IMG/VR virus record: IMGVR_UViG_3300035703_000079
Coordinates: 4,011 to 68,010 of that record
Source of the DNA: a virus
Direction: 5' to 3' (one strand)
DNA length: 64,000 bases
Position numbers and translations under genes: made by a program. This document shows positions 48,106-57,753 of the stretch, piece after piece. The notes under the pieces were generated by a model. That model saw nothing but the letters and a program-made list of their open reading frames with translations. It was not told the DNA's origin and searched no databases. Position 1 is the stretch's first letter, and each line of letters starts with the position of its first letter.

Positions 48106-48405
48106 AAACAGTTCGGCCCCGAAAAACTAGTAGCACTTTGTAGTTTCCGGGGCCTTGATGTTTGTGGCACGAGGGGGACGAAGGTGCTACTCTTAATCCG
48201 TTGGAACAAAAGTAACTTTCCCCCATCGCTTTGCAAAGAAATTCTCAAAATTTTACTCCGGCAAGTTCTTCTCTATATTTTCCGGGATTCTCTCGACAGA
48301 ATAACAAAAAAGCTCGAGGGACGCCCCCGAGCCTTTCCATTCCTAGTACCTCTTGAAACAAGTTAGTTCGCAATTCTGACGTTCATTTGCTTCCCCAATA
48401 ATAGC

Positions 48406-48894
48406 TTAATCAATGGCTTTCGGAAGGGAAACAGCAATCCCCGTTTTGCTCGTTTTGTACGGAGGGAATATTTTCACCACTTCCCCCGTGTTGGCATCAA
48501 CAAAATCCATAGGCTCTTTCAGCGCCTTGAGGAAATCCTGTCGATCCTTCTCCTTGGCTTTCGCTTGTTCTGCCTCGGATTGAAGGGAGAATAACACGGC
48601 ATCATTCGTTTTGTCGAAATGCCATTTCGCCCCCACTTCCTTCACTTGAATTTTGCAGCCCTTGTATTCCGTTGTTTTTGTGCGTCCAGAGAGTTCCTCG
48701 GCTTCTTTGAGGGCTTTCTCCCCAACCATTTCCATGGCCTTATCCAGGGCCGCAGAAAGGCCCTTCATGGCAATGTATAGCGGAAGGGCGTCTTCCCCTT
48801 CGTCCATCACAGCGTTTCTCACGCTTACAGCTTCGTCAGCGGCAGCCACTTCATTCAGAATGGCGTTGTCCCGCAGGTATTCGTATAGATTCAT
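48406..48894 (-). CDS. Hypothetical protein of a common Bacteroidota phage family
   Basis: VKEVGAKWHF and TGEVVKIFPP.KTS motifs. Confidence 0.65.
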   Translation of the reverse strand: MNLYEYLRDNAILNEVAAADEAVSVRNAVMDEGEDALPLYIAMKGLSAALDKAMEMVGEKALKEAEELSGRTKTTEYKGCKIQVKEVGAKWHFDKTNDAVLFSLQSEAEQAKAKEKDRQDFLKALKEPMDFVDANTGEVVKIFPPYKTSKTGIAVSLPKAID

Positions 48895-49115
48895 TTGCTT
48901 TCTCTTGGAATAATTTTCACAACACTCCTTTGTTCAACACGCTTTATCATCCGGGAGAAGTCCCCTCCCGGCTCCCGGAAGAGCCTGTACGCCCCTCCCA
49001 TTTTCTCGAGGACATACACTTCGTACATCCCCGCCACCATGCGTATAAACTCCGTAGGGACAACAGAGCCCTTCGCCCCGTTTATCAGAATGTAATCTCC
49101 TTTCGTTGGTTTCAT
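48891..49115 (-). CDS. Hypothetical protein
   Basis: ATGA-coupled ORF. Confidence 0.5.
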   Translation of the reverse strand: MKPTKGDYILINGAKGSVVPTEFIRMVAGMYEVYVLEKMGGAYRLFREPGGDFSRMIKRVEQRSVVKIIPRESK

Positions 49116-49152
49116 AGAAAAAAGCCCCGTGTTTCAGGGGCTTGTCTTTGGT

Positions 49153-49974
49153 TTAGAACGGAAGAAAGAAGCTCTCAATTTCTGCCCGCTGCTCGGCAGA
49201 CAGCACAATGTTAAAACGCTTTTCCAGCTCAGGGACATCTCCAATACTTCCCCCGTTTGTTTTCACGTATTCCAGCATTTCGGCGTAGCCGGGGGGTGTA
49301 GCAGCGACAGCCGCAGGGGCCGCAGGAGCGGGCTTGGCTTGCGCTTCGAAGGCAGAAACAGCAGGATTGGTAGCGGGGGGAACAACGGCTTGCTGTGCCC
49401 CTTGTGTGGCCTGCCATTCAGCGCTCGTCTTGGCTTTCTCCTGAAGGAAAGCAGGCAATTTCTCGAAGGCGGCAATGTGCTCGGCATTTCCAGCCAAATA
49501 TTCCCGGACATCAAAGAGCAATGTGGGATTGACAGCCGCAGGGCAGGAGAGCCCGGCCATGAGCTTTGTGATGGACAGGATTTCAGCCCTTGTAGAGCCA
49601 GACTTGCTTGTCTTGTGCACCACCTGCACCTGCGCAGGAGCACCAAGCAGCTTTGACATATCAAACTCCCCGGCTTCATCATCCGTCAGGGGTTTTCCTC
49701 TCCACGCTCCCAGCGTCTTTCTGAGGTTGGCGTTTTCTCCCATGTAATAGGAGAACTCCCGGCTTACAACAAAGGGCTGAGGGCCGTTTTCCTCCTTGAA
49801 AACGTGTGTAGCGTTCGGGAGCTCAAAGCTCAAATACACCTTGGGCGTGTTCTTGGCTTGGCCTTGGTATTCGTCAGCAATAATGCCAACATACACCATT
49901 TGGTAACAACGGGCAATGTGTGTGTCTTCTGGCGGAAGTGTGCGAGGAGAAGATGGAAGGACAGGCGCTTTCAT
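49153..49974 (-). CDS. Putative single-stranded DNA-binding protein (NGO0469-like)
   Basis: THIARCYQMV, NLRKTLGAWRG, KLLGAPAQVQV; C-terminal LPF tail; strong codon bias. Confidence 0.7.
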   Translation of the reverse strand: MKAPVLPSSPRTLPPEDTHIARCYQMVYVGIIADEYQGQAKNTPKVYLSFELPNATHVFKEENGPQPFVVSREFSYYMGENANLRKTLGAWRGKPLTDDEAGEFDMSKLLGAPAQVQVVHKTSKSGSTRAEILSITKLMAGLSCPAAVNPTLLFDVREYLAGNAEHIAAFEKLPAFLQEKAKTSAEWQATQGAQQAVVPPATNPAVSAFEAQAKPAPAAPAAVAATPPGYAEMLEYVKTNGGSIGDVPELEKRFNIVLSAEQRAEIESFFLPF

Positions 49975-50160
49975 AGAATTGAATTGTTTTTAGAATGTTA
50001 AAAAAAGATGGACAAAGTTGGACATTTAATTTCGTTCTCCCTCTCCCTTCTCCACGTCCAATCAATTACGCTCGACAAGCGTTTGATATTCAACGACGAA
50101 TGTAGCAGATTTTCCAAGGGAAAACAAAAAGAATTTTTGATGGAAAAATGGAACAAAATT

Positions 50161-50550
50161 TCAGACAATAGAGCGAGGGGGTAATTCCTGCAAATAAACG
50201 GGCAATCTGGCGCTTTTCCCTTGTCGGTGGAGCGTAACACAAGTGAGGTCGCTTGACGTTATTTCCTTTGGCCAGCGTATTCCATGTTCTTTCTCAGAGG
50301 AATGAATGCAGAGCCCTTGTTGTATGTCCGGCAATGGCTTGTAGGGCTTTTCCAGCGCCTCAGCAAGCAGTTCAAACGCAAGGGAGGCTGCCCCTTCAGC
50401 ATTTAGGGCCATAGCCCGGGCCGCTTTCGGGAAATCGGAGAGGGCAATGTGCTTTCTCCGGAGCATTTGTGTTGGCAATGGAAGCCCGGACGCTTCCCAC
50501 GTGGCAAGCAAATGATTCAGCTTGCGGACGTATTCGTTTGACGTATTCAT
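50161..50550 (-). CDS. Hypothetical protein
   Basis: ATGA-coupled ORF (MNTSNEY...). Confidence 0.45.
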   Translation of the reverse strand: MNTSNEYVRKLNHLLATWEASGLPLPTQMLRRKHIALSDFPKAARAMALNAEGAASLAFELLAEALEKPYKPLPDIQQGLCIHSSEKEHGIRWPKEITSSDLTCVTLHRQGKSARLPVYLQELPPRSIV

Positions 50551-50768
50551 TGATTTTCGATTTGTTTTCCGAAGTGCTTGGTTTTCCAGAATTTGTCTCG
50601 GGCCGGGATATGCCAGCCAAGCAAGGCAAGGACAGCCGAAGGGATGAACGCCAGGACAAACCAAAGGATACCCCAAGGGTATGTGGCGTAAAGCGGGGAC
50701 AGGAACACGGCAACAGCCGTCAGGGCCGCAATTAAGCGGAAGATGGTGTTTTTAGAAGCGGGCGACAT
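50547..50768 (-). CDS. Small membrane protein
   Basis: Two hydrophobic segments. Confidence 0.55.
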   Translation of the reverse strand: MSPASKNTIFRLIAALTAVAVFLSPLYATYPWGILWFVLAFIPSAVLALLGWHIPARDKFWKTKHFGKQIENQ

Positions 50769-50976
50769 ATTGACGGGACTTAAAGCGTTCGTATTGCGTT
50801 TGCGTGGCTTGGATGTGATTCCAGGCGTTGTCGTATTCCTGCTGCCCTATTGGGGCTTTGCGGAGCTTTTCCCGGAATTCCTCTGCGGGCATTTCGTCCG
50901 GGGCATTGAGGGCAATAGCGGCCTGCAAAAGGAGCGTATTGCGCAAATGGCTGTGTTTTATGTCTTGTGCTTTCAT
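50752..50976 (-). CDS. Hypothetical protein
   Basis: MKAQDIK... ORF in the operon. Confidence 0.5.
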   Translation of the reverse strand: MKAQDIKHSHLRNTLLLQAAIALNAPDEMPAEEFREKLRKAPIGQQEYDNAWNHIQATQTQYERFKSRQYVARF

Positions 50977-50980
50977 GGCA

Positions 50981-51226
50981 TTAGTTCTCCCAATTTCCTT
51001 GACCTGATTGTACGCCCCGGTATTTCGCAATAAACCCGCTTGGACTAATCGTAGGGGTAAATTCATTGGTTCGGGTCCACTCCCCGAACATTTCAGAGTA
51101 GCGCAGGGAATGCCCCGCCCTTGGCATAGTGCTCAGGAGTATCTTCTCCCCCAGCCTTTCCAGATGGGCTTTCAGGGGTAGGAATGTAGCGGTGTCCGGG
51201 AAGGGCCCGATTATTTCGTGGTGCAT
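50981..51226 (-). CDS. Small hypothetical protein (paralog of 14674..14886)
   Basis: Shares IIGP...L.RLGE...W....P.I...F. Confidence 0.55.
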   Translation of the reverse strand: MHHEIIGPFPDTATFLPLKAHLERLGEKILLSTMPRAGHSLRYSEMFGEWTRTNEFTPTISPSGFIAKYRGVQSGQGNWEN

Positions 51227-51507
51227 GGCTCGAAGTATTTGGTGATGAAGTCTTGGAAGGTGATGGTGGGAGTTCGGTCCGCAAGAGAGCAAGTGTCCCA
51301 TTCTTTCGCATTTACAGCCTTAAAATTGTGGTAGTATGCCGCCACTTTTTCCTTCATCCACAGCCAAAGCCAATATTTATTTGGGGCTACTTCTTCCGAA
51401 GACTGTTCAAAAATGGCTTTTAGTTCGGGCAAATCGCTTGAATGAACTTCGATAACCTCGCCCCGCATTTCCCGCAGGTCCGCCCCCGGTTTCAGTTGGT
51501 ATTTCAT
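51211..51507 (-). CDS. Hypothetical protein
   Basis: Ends PTITFQDFITKY. Confidence 0.55.
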   Translation of the reverse strand: MKYQLKPGADLREMRGEVIEVHSSDLPELKAIFEQSSEEVAPNKYWLWLWMKEKVAAYYHNFKAVNAKEWDTCSLADRTPTITFQDFITKYFEPCTTK

Positions 51508-51749
51508 GGCTTTAATTCTTTCAGTCTTTCATTCATCCCCCTTTGCCAAATCTCCTGGGCTCGTTGTGAGAGGTTCCAGCCTATTTGCTCCGGGCTGTAT
51601 CCCGGGGCTTCCAACACGATGGATATTTCCAGCATTTGACTACCCAAATCCCGGGTTTCGACCAAAGGGGTTTGCAGCGGGAATAGTTCTTTCAGGGCCT
51701 TTCTCACGTAGGGAAGAGAGGTTTGGACGATGGATAAAATCAATTTCAT
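51504..51749 (-). CDS. Hypothetical protein
   Basis: ATGA-coupled ORF. Confidence 0.5.
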   Translation of the reverse strand: MKLILSIVQTSLPYVRKALKELFPLQTPLVETRDLGSQMLEISIVLEAPGYSPEQIGWNLSQRAQEIWQRGMNERLKELKP

Positions 51750-52027
51750 AACCCTTTCACCCATTCCTGCACCTCTTTCGGGGCGTTTGTTATTTCAATC
51801 TCCACGCCTATCCAATCCGGGTCCGCCCGGTATGCCTCCAGCATGGTGTGAATAGGCTTATTCCAGTCTTGCCGGATGTTGCCTGTAAATTGCCCGAATC
51901 CAGCCGGATGGGTTGGGTTTTCAGAGGCTCCAAACATATCGCCGGACCTCCGATTGATGATGGTAAAGCGGTCGTAAGTCTTGCCGCCATTGTCAAAGAT
52001 TGCGGGGTTTTTCATGGTGTCATTCAA
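51746..52027 (-). CDS. Early hypothetical protein
   Basis: FDNGGKTYDRFT and HPAGFGQ motifs common in phage early genes. Confidence 0.65.
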   Translation of the reverse strand: MNDTMKNPAIFDNGGKTYDRFTIINRRSGDMFGASENPTHPAGFGQFTGNIRQDWNKPIHTMLEAYRADPDWIGVEIEITNAPKEVQEWVKGL

Positions 52028-52101
52028 TTTGATTTAGCCCCCTCGCCTGATGCCGAATCGTGCCCGCCCGTGTTTCAGGCGGGGGTGAGGGGTGGGCTGC
52101 A

Positions 52102-52770
52102 TTAAATAGCCGCTAATTGCCCGGCCAGCTCAAAAATTTTATCCAGATTGGGCCGCTTCTTTTTAGGCAGGAAGTAGTGCACCCGGGACGCCCCTATTTT
52201 TGACTCCGCCCCCATTTCCCGTAATAGTCCAATGGTGCGGGGGTGCGCCTGAATGTTTTTCGCCTCAAGGGCCGCCAGAAAGTCAATAATTGAGGCCATT
52301 TCCCCCGCTTTGATTGTGTCAATAGCTTTTTGTGCGGATTCGTGCAGCGCCTTTTCCTGCGCCTCTTTGCGCTCGATTGCGGCCCGTTCCTTTGCTTCCT
52401 TTTCGGCCTGCGCTTTCTGTTCCCGCTCCGCTTTAATTTGCTCCCTGCGGGCCCACATTGGCGCCGTATCAATCCCGGCCATATTTGCGGCCTCGATATG
52501 TAGTAAGCTAATCCAAGGGAAAGACATAATGCCAGAAAGGAAGTTTTCCGCCGTTTCGTCAATTCGGGCTGCGTTGCTTTCAAGGGTTTGCAGGTAGTAC
52601 GTGCCCTCGCAGATATACACACCCTCAGCAACCCGCAAGACCAGCCAGTAATATCGCCCCTCGTCCGGAACGCTAAACCCGTATTTTGAGCCGGGGACAG
52701 GGGTCAATTCCATGTTTTTAAGGCAGACAGTGTTTTGATCTGCCTTGTAGGTTAGAACTTTCGTTTTCAT
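52102..52770 (-). CDS. Early hypothetical protein
   Basis: 222 aa with a coiled coil and HPRTIG motif. Confidence 0.6.
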   Translation of the reverse strand: MKTKVLTYKADQNTVCLKNMELTPVPGSKYGFSVPDEGRYYWLVLRVAEGVYICEGTYYLQTLESNAARIDETAENFLSGIMSFPWISLLHIEAANMAGIDTAPMWARREQIKAEREQKAQAEKEAKERAAIERKEAQEKALHESAQKAIDTIKAGEMASIIDFLAALEAKNIQAHPRTIGLLREMGAESKIGASRVHYFLPKKKRPNLDKIFELAGQLAAI

Positions 52771-53122
52771 GGTGTTAAAAATGGTTAGCCCCCAGCTTGT
52801 TCCGATGTTGAAGCGTGCGGCCCGTAGGCATGGGGGTGTGTTTTATTTATTATCCCTTTGAGCCCCGGCCCACAACAGCCCCGCAAGGCAGGCAACAAGG
52901 CACATGAAAGGCCAAACGATGGACAGAATCACGGCAATGGAGAGAAGGAGGAAGGCGGTTTTCATGCGTTCTCAATACTTAAACGTTCAACAATACACCC
53001 AGCCGCCCAACCTTCAATTTCCGGATTGTAGGCATGAAGTTTGTGAGGTTCCACATGAAACACTTTGGTTTCTCCGATTCGCTCAGGGGTTTTGAAGTCC
53101 TGACGAATGATGTAGGTTATTT

Positions 53123-53449
53123 TTAGCATTGGATTAGGTGTTTAGCAGCCCGGTATAAATTTTGGTCGTCCTCTATTTCATCAAGAGTATAGGCCCGGAC
53201 AACAAAGTCCCCAAATTCGCCGGACGTATCGCCCTGCTCCCATACAACCCGCTCAGAGGCGCATTCAATCAGTTTTCCCGGTTCTTTGTCGGTTAGGTCA
53301 TATCCAGGCCCTAAAAGCCATTTTTCCATCGCTTCGGGCTTATTTGGTGCGTCAATCAGTCCGACAGCCTCAAATCCGCCCGTGTGCCGGAATTGCTGGT
53401 AACGTAGGGTGCACTCGCTGTGTTGCTCAAAGATGTAGTAGGTTTTCAT
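53123..53449 (-). CDS. Early hypothetical protein
   Basis: MKTYYIF... after an accgatttac leader. Confidence 0.55.
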   Translation of the reverse strand: MKTYYIFEQHSECTLRYQQFRHTGGFEAVGLIDAPNKPEAMEKWLLGPGYDLTDKEPGKLIECASERVVWEQGDTSGEFGDFVVRAYTLDEIEDDQNLYRAAKHLIQC

Positions 53450-53462
53450 TGGTAAATCGGTT

Positions 53463-53816
53463 TTAATTTTCACAATTGTTACAGCCGTATTTCCCCGGCC
53501 TTTGCTCCAGCATTACCCCAGCATTGCAAACGGGGCAGACTTGGGGCAGGAAATGGAAGAAGGCCCCCATTTCATAAATTCTTTTCTCTGTAAAACAGGA
53601 GCGAGAAGTATAATACCAATACCCCCAGCCTGCTTTCTCTACGAAATCCGGCTTTTCTCCCTTTGGCAACATTGCACAAAATCGGGTTTCTGACACAAGC
53701 CATTGCCCCCCGACAAAGCGGGCATGAAGCCGGATTTTCTGCACCCCTATTTCCTCCCCCGTTTGGAAGGAATACAGGGGAGCAACAAAAACACGGATGT
53801 AAGGAAGAACCACCAT
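53463..53816 (-). CDS. Early hypothetical protein with a C-terminal Zn ribbon
   Basis: CPVC...CNNC. Confidence 0.5.
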   Translation of the reverse strand: MVVLPYIRVFVAPLYSFQTGEEIGVQKIRLHARFVGGQWLVSETRFCAMLPKGEKPDFVEKAGWGYWYYTSRSCFTEKRIYEMGAFFHFLPQVCPVCNAGVMLEQRPGKYGCNNCEN

Positions 53817-54088
53817 TATTTTAGCGTCAAATAATGGCCAGTATCAAGAATAAGGTATTTGCGGCCCCGGTAGAGGTAGATGGGGGGGAATAAGTCAATG
53901 CGGCAGCCTTCGACATAGGCAAATTCAGTAGAATGTCGTGTGCAGTATATGGCTTTAGGGAAGTCCCATAATTCTTTGAGGTTGCCAGTGCCTAAAAGCT
54001 TACCCCTGAATTGGGCAAAAATGCTTTCCTGCGTTTCAGGACGTAGGCCCCGACTAACGCGGCCAAATGTTGTGTTTCTTGTTTTCAT
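53816..54088 (-). CDS. Early hypothetical protein
   Basis: MKTRNTT... after a structured leader. Confidence 0.5.
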   Translation of the reverse strand: MKTRNTTFGRVSRGLRPETQESIFAQFRGKLLGTGNLKELWDFPKAIYCTRHSTEFAYVEGCRIDLFPPIYLYRGRKYLILDTGHYLTLK

Positions 54089-54166
54089 GTCAGTAAATTG
54101 GTAAAAATTGGCCCCTTTGCCCCGCATTGAAGGGCAGCCCCGAAGGCAGCAAAGGGGGTGTTTTAT

Positions 54167-55030
54167 TTAGGCCGGCAATTGAATGCCTAACAAACTACGA
54201 ACAGTAGACCGCCCGTTCATTGTGTTTTGCCGTTGCCAAGCCTGGTTAGTCGGGCTCCATTTCAGGCCGTTTCTCTTGAGCTTCTGAATGGTTTCAGCGT
54301 CCGGCCTTGCATCGTGCTTAATGCGTATGCGGTCGGCCTCCCAATCAATCTCTACAACTCCATCAGCAAAAGGCACAACCACTACACCTACGGTTTCGGT
54401 GCGCTCCTGCTTTTTCTCAAGCTCCTTTATCCGGTCCTCCACTCTTTTAATGTTAGCCAGATTGTTAGGCAAATGAAAACCAAAACGCATGGTCCAATCC
54501 AACATATGCGGCTCAATGCCAAAAGTTTCTGTCAGGTATGCATCAATATTTCCCCCCGTCCGCTTCGCCTGTGAAATCCGGCGGTTTCCTTCTTTCATAA
54601 GTTCATGCGACTTTTTCAGACTTGCCAATTCAGCCCGGTAACGGTCCAATTCCGAAAGGTGCGTTTTAGCCGGGCCCGCATTGCGTAAAATGGCTTTCTT
54701 TGCACGTTCCCGCCATTGCATAAAAAGTTCATAGTGCTTCTGCTCACTCATTTGCCGCTTGCGGTTACGCTCTACGGGAAACCTTGCCGGACCTGTTACC
54801 GCTACACTTGCCGTTCTGGATAATGCGCCCAACCAAGTGGTAAAAAGCCGCTCAAATTTGTTTTGGTAGTCCGTCCGGCTTTCCTCCGGTAATTCCTGCA
54901 AATCGGCTTCTAGGATGGCGGAAAACTCTTTAATGGTGCGTTCTCCACGTGCTTCAGGATTGAACGAAACCCAATAATAAGCCCGGCGGGCTGCCTCTGT
55001 GTGGTGTGCTAAGATCATATTAGTATCCAA
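54167..55030 (-). CDS. Early protein resembling leading-region / polyvalent-protein-associated families
   Basis: VSFNPEARG, SRTASVAVTGPARFP and LKRNGLKWSP...AWQR motifs. Confidence 0.6.
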   Translation of the reverse strand: MDTNMILAHHTEAARRAYYWVSFNPEARGERTIKEFSAILEADLQELPEESRTDYQNKFERLFTTWLGALSRTASVAVTGPARFPVERNRKRQMSEQKHYELFMQWRERAKKAILRNAGPAKTHLSELDRYRAELASLKKSHELMKEGNRRISQAKRTGGNIDAYLTETFGIEPHMLDWTMRFGFHLPNNLANIKRVEDRIKELEKKQERTETVGVVVVPFADGVVEIDWEADRIRIKHDARPDAETIQKLKRNGLKWSPTNQAWQRQNTMNGRSTVRSLLGIQLPA

Positions 55031-55250
55031 ATTCTTGTTTCAACTCGCTGCCCTCAAACATTAACGCCAAATCTTTCTTGGACACCCTTTTGGGTTTGCC
55101 GTTCCGAAAGTCGAAAATCTTGAAATACCCAGGCTTACAGCCGTCAAACTTTATCACCTCATTGAGTTGGGTGATGTTGCAGAAATAGTCCCGTCCTAAT
55201 GTGGTGCGGACGTGGAAAACCCGTAGGTTGTTGTCGATGGTAGTGTTCAT
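55020..55250 (-). CDS. Early hypothetical protein
   Basis: ATG after a structured leader. Confidence 0.55.
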   Translation of the reverse strand: MNTTIDNNLRVFHVRTTLGRDYFCNITQLNEVIKFDGCKPGYFKIFDFRNGKPKRVSKKDLALMFEGSELKQEFGY

Positions 55251-55361
55251 GGAGTAAATTGGTTTTAAAATTGGCCCCCTCGCCTGTTCCGATGTTAAGG
55301 CTTGCTACCCGTGTTAGGGTGAGGGGAAACCGCTTCCTGAACTTGCAGGAAACAGGAAGAT

Positions 55362-55643
55362 TTATGCTAACCTTTCGGCAATGTCGCAGGCACTAATCCA
55401 AACCCAACGGATTAAGCTTTCTTGATGGTCCGCTAATTGCTCAGCATCCCAGGCCCCGTATTCTTTTAATTCCTTCGCCAAATTTTCAGGGCTTAATAAA
55501 GCCAATTGCTTTTTCACATAGGGTTTTTGGCTCACCTCTATTACATCCCGCTCACAGTCCCCTGAATGGGAACACCTCAAAGCGTCCGATTTTGTTAGGC
55601 TTAATTCATTGCCATAGTTGCCGGTGTTGTAATGCGTTTTCAT
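55362..55643 (-). CDS. Early hypothetical protein
   Basis: CSHSGDC, ELKEYGAWD and RWVWISA motifs; TATGTTTG promoter at 55675-55682. Confidence 0.65.
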   Translation of the reverse strand: MKTHYNTGNYGNELSLTKSDALRCSHSGDCERDVIEVSQKPYVKKQLALLSPENLAKELKEYGAWDAEQLADHQESLIRWVWISACDIAERLA

Positions 55644-55694
55644 GTTGCAAGTTTTTTGTTCGTTTTTGATGGGACAAACATAACACCCCCCAAT

Positions 55695-55931
55695 CTAATT
55701 CTCCAAACTTTTTTTTATCTTTTTTTTCAAATAATCTGTAAGTTCCTCACGTACAGCCTCTAAGCCTCCCAAAGTTTCTATCTCAAACCCGGTAACCCAT
55801 AAACGAACAACCTGTTTTTTATCCTGTTCTTTCATAGGCTTTCTCCCCGCGTTCCTGTAATGGCCCACGCGTTTTTCCCTTTCGTTGCTCCCCTGAATAC
55901 TCCTTCCGTTTTTCATAGCGTTCTTTTCCAT
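55695..55931 (-). CDS. Small putative DNA-binding protein
   Basis: GHYRNAGRKP motif; ATG at the box+47 position. Confidence 0.55.
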   Translation of the reverse strand: MEKNAMKNGRSIQGSNEREKRVGHYRNAGRKPMKEQDKKQVVRLWVTGFEIETLGGLEAVREELTDYLKKKIKKSLEN

Positions 55932-55939
55932 GCTACAAA

Positions 55940-57230
55940 GGAACAAACAAAGGGAAACACGAAAGGAACTTTCCCGACGAAATACAAGGGGAAACACGAC
56001 AAACCAAACAGAAGGCTAGACGAATAATTAAGCGGAAAACCAGCAATACTCCAAAGGGGCCCGAAAGGGACAAGAAAGGCGGATTTTTGGGGCGGGGAAA
56101 AAATTGTCCCTTTTTCGTTTCCCCTCTTTTCCCTTTGGTTTCCCCTTTGGACCTTTCCTGGTTCTTCCCTTGGTGCTTCCCTTGGTGCTTCCTTTGGTCG
56201 GTCCCTTCGTTGCCTTTCGTTCTTCCCTTGGTGCTTCCCTTTGGTTATCCCCTTTCCTTTTCCCCTTCGTTACTCCTTTGTGCTTTGAAAGGAATACTCC
56301 CTGGAAATTCGAAAGGGACAAACGAAAGGGGTTTCCCTCTGAAACGAAAGGGGCAAACATTCGACAAACGAAAGGGAACGGAAGATCCTTCTTTCGGGTT
56401 TTCCTTTGAGTTCCCCTTTCGACAATCCGGGAGAGAGGTTTCTTCGGACCTTCCAAAGACAAACGAAAGGAAAAGACGAAAGGAATGCACGGGGTTTAAC
56501 AGGATGGATTCCGGGAAACCAGGGACACCCCGGGGTGGGAGGGGGTCATACTTCCGCTATGTGTAACGATACTTCCGCTGGAAGGGCTGGGATTAAAAAT
56601 CCCTACTTTCGCTGTATGGTACGTTGTGGATTTTCGCAGTGTTCTCCGGTGTCCCTTTCTTTCGCTATGAATTTCCATTCTCCCTTTCGAATGTTCCTTT
56701 TTGGTCCGAAGTGTTTTTCTGTGGGATTGCTTTCGTTTTTCGAAAGGAGTTTTGAAAGGGAGAATTGAAAGGAATAACGAAAGGGACGGGAGTGTTTCGA
56801 AAGGGAGTAATGAGAGGGGGAATCAGAGGGAGTAGTGAAAGGGTGTAACGCTTGTATTATACATAGCGAAACAGTAAAAGTGGCGAAAAAGAGGCTTAAA
56901 TATGTGAGTATCAGGGAGAAACGTGATGTGTTTTGCCGTCGGGATTTCCGACTTTAGGGGCTAAAAAAGGGGTTGGAAGTCGGGAATACCGACGCTAACG
57001 AAGTGGAAAAACGAAAGGGGTAAACATTCCCATTTCGGGAATAAATTCCCGATTCGGGGGAATTTTCAGGGGAATAACGAAAAGGGGAGAGATGGAGGAA
57101 CGAAGGGAGTATTGAGAGGTACACTATAGGAGATATATAATAGGAAGCCGAAGATTTTTCATTTTTTGTTTGTAAGTGAGTGATTTTAAAAAAGATGGGA
57201 TATTTTTGCCCTTGTCAAGATAATTAACGC
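55940..57230. other. Repetitive, strand-skewed non-coding divergence region (candidate genome terminus/packaging or origin region)
   Basis: Many TTCCCTT(G)/GAAAGGG motifs, G-tract cluster at 56522-56545, palindromes; gene orientation switches here. Confidence 0.6.
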
Positions 57231-57267
57231 AGAAATGTTACCTTTGTCAATAATATTGACACGGGGT

Positions 57268-57753
57268 ATGAGTGAGGAAAAATGGGGGCCTGATTTTATC
57301 CGAGCGATTGTTAAGACAGCTGACATTGGTCTTAGTAAGTTTGTGTCGGAGAAACATATTCCTGTAAGAATGGTGAGAGGCAAAGTAGTTGAACGGCGAG
57401 GCAGGGTTCGGGTGAATCGGTCGCCGGAGTATAGAAACGCTGTATTGTCGTTGTCTGGTCCTGCATGGAAGCTATGGACGTGGATATGTTGTGAGATGAC
57501 GATTGACGCTGATAGGGTGTGGGTGAATCGCAAGCATTTTGTCAGTACAATTGGGGTGAAGGAGGGGATATTCCGGCTTGCTGTCCGGGAATTGTGCGAA
57601 AAAGGGTTTATTCAGAAGGTGGAAGAGAACAAGTTCCCTAAGCCGATTAAAGATGTCTTTTTCGTCAATCCTCATTACGTGTTCTGCGGGAACATTACGG
57701 AGCGATTCAAGCATTTTCTCCATTTCGAAGGGGATGTTGATAGGGCAAAGTGA
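57268..57753 (+). CDS. RepL-like wHTH replication/maintenance protein
   Basis: LSGPAWKL, AVRELCEKGFI and FFVNPHYVFCGN motifs. Confidence 0.65.
   Translation: MSEEKWGPDFIRAIVKTADIGLSKFVSEKHIPVRMVRGKVVERRGRVRVNRSPEYRNAVLSLSGPAWKLWTWICCEMTIDADRVWVNRKHFVSTIGVKEGIFRLAVRELCEKGFIQKVEENKFPKPIKDVFFVNPHYVFCGNITERFKHFLHFEGDVDRAK

Larger units (their letters stand above)
52034..55326 (-). repeat. Four related GC-rich structured intergenic leaders (52034-52092, 52785-52836, 54108-54158, 55271-55326)
   Basis: CCCC(T)...GGGGCYAA closing stems; shared ACGGG and AACATCGGAACA; each precedes an early ATG. Confidence 0.7.

Noticed and set aside
52046-52057. CTGATG...GAA as a hammerhead ribozyme core
   Set aside because: The full CUGANGA/GAAA core and three stems are not present.
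56028-56768. Several overlapping low-complexity ORFs
   Set aside because: They are by-products of the repetitive purine/pyrimidine tracts and show no credible protein features.
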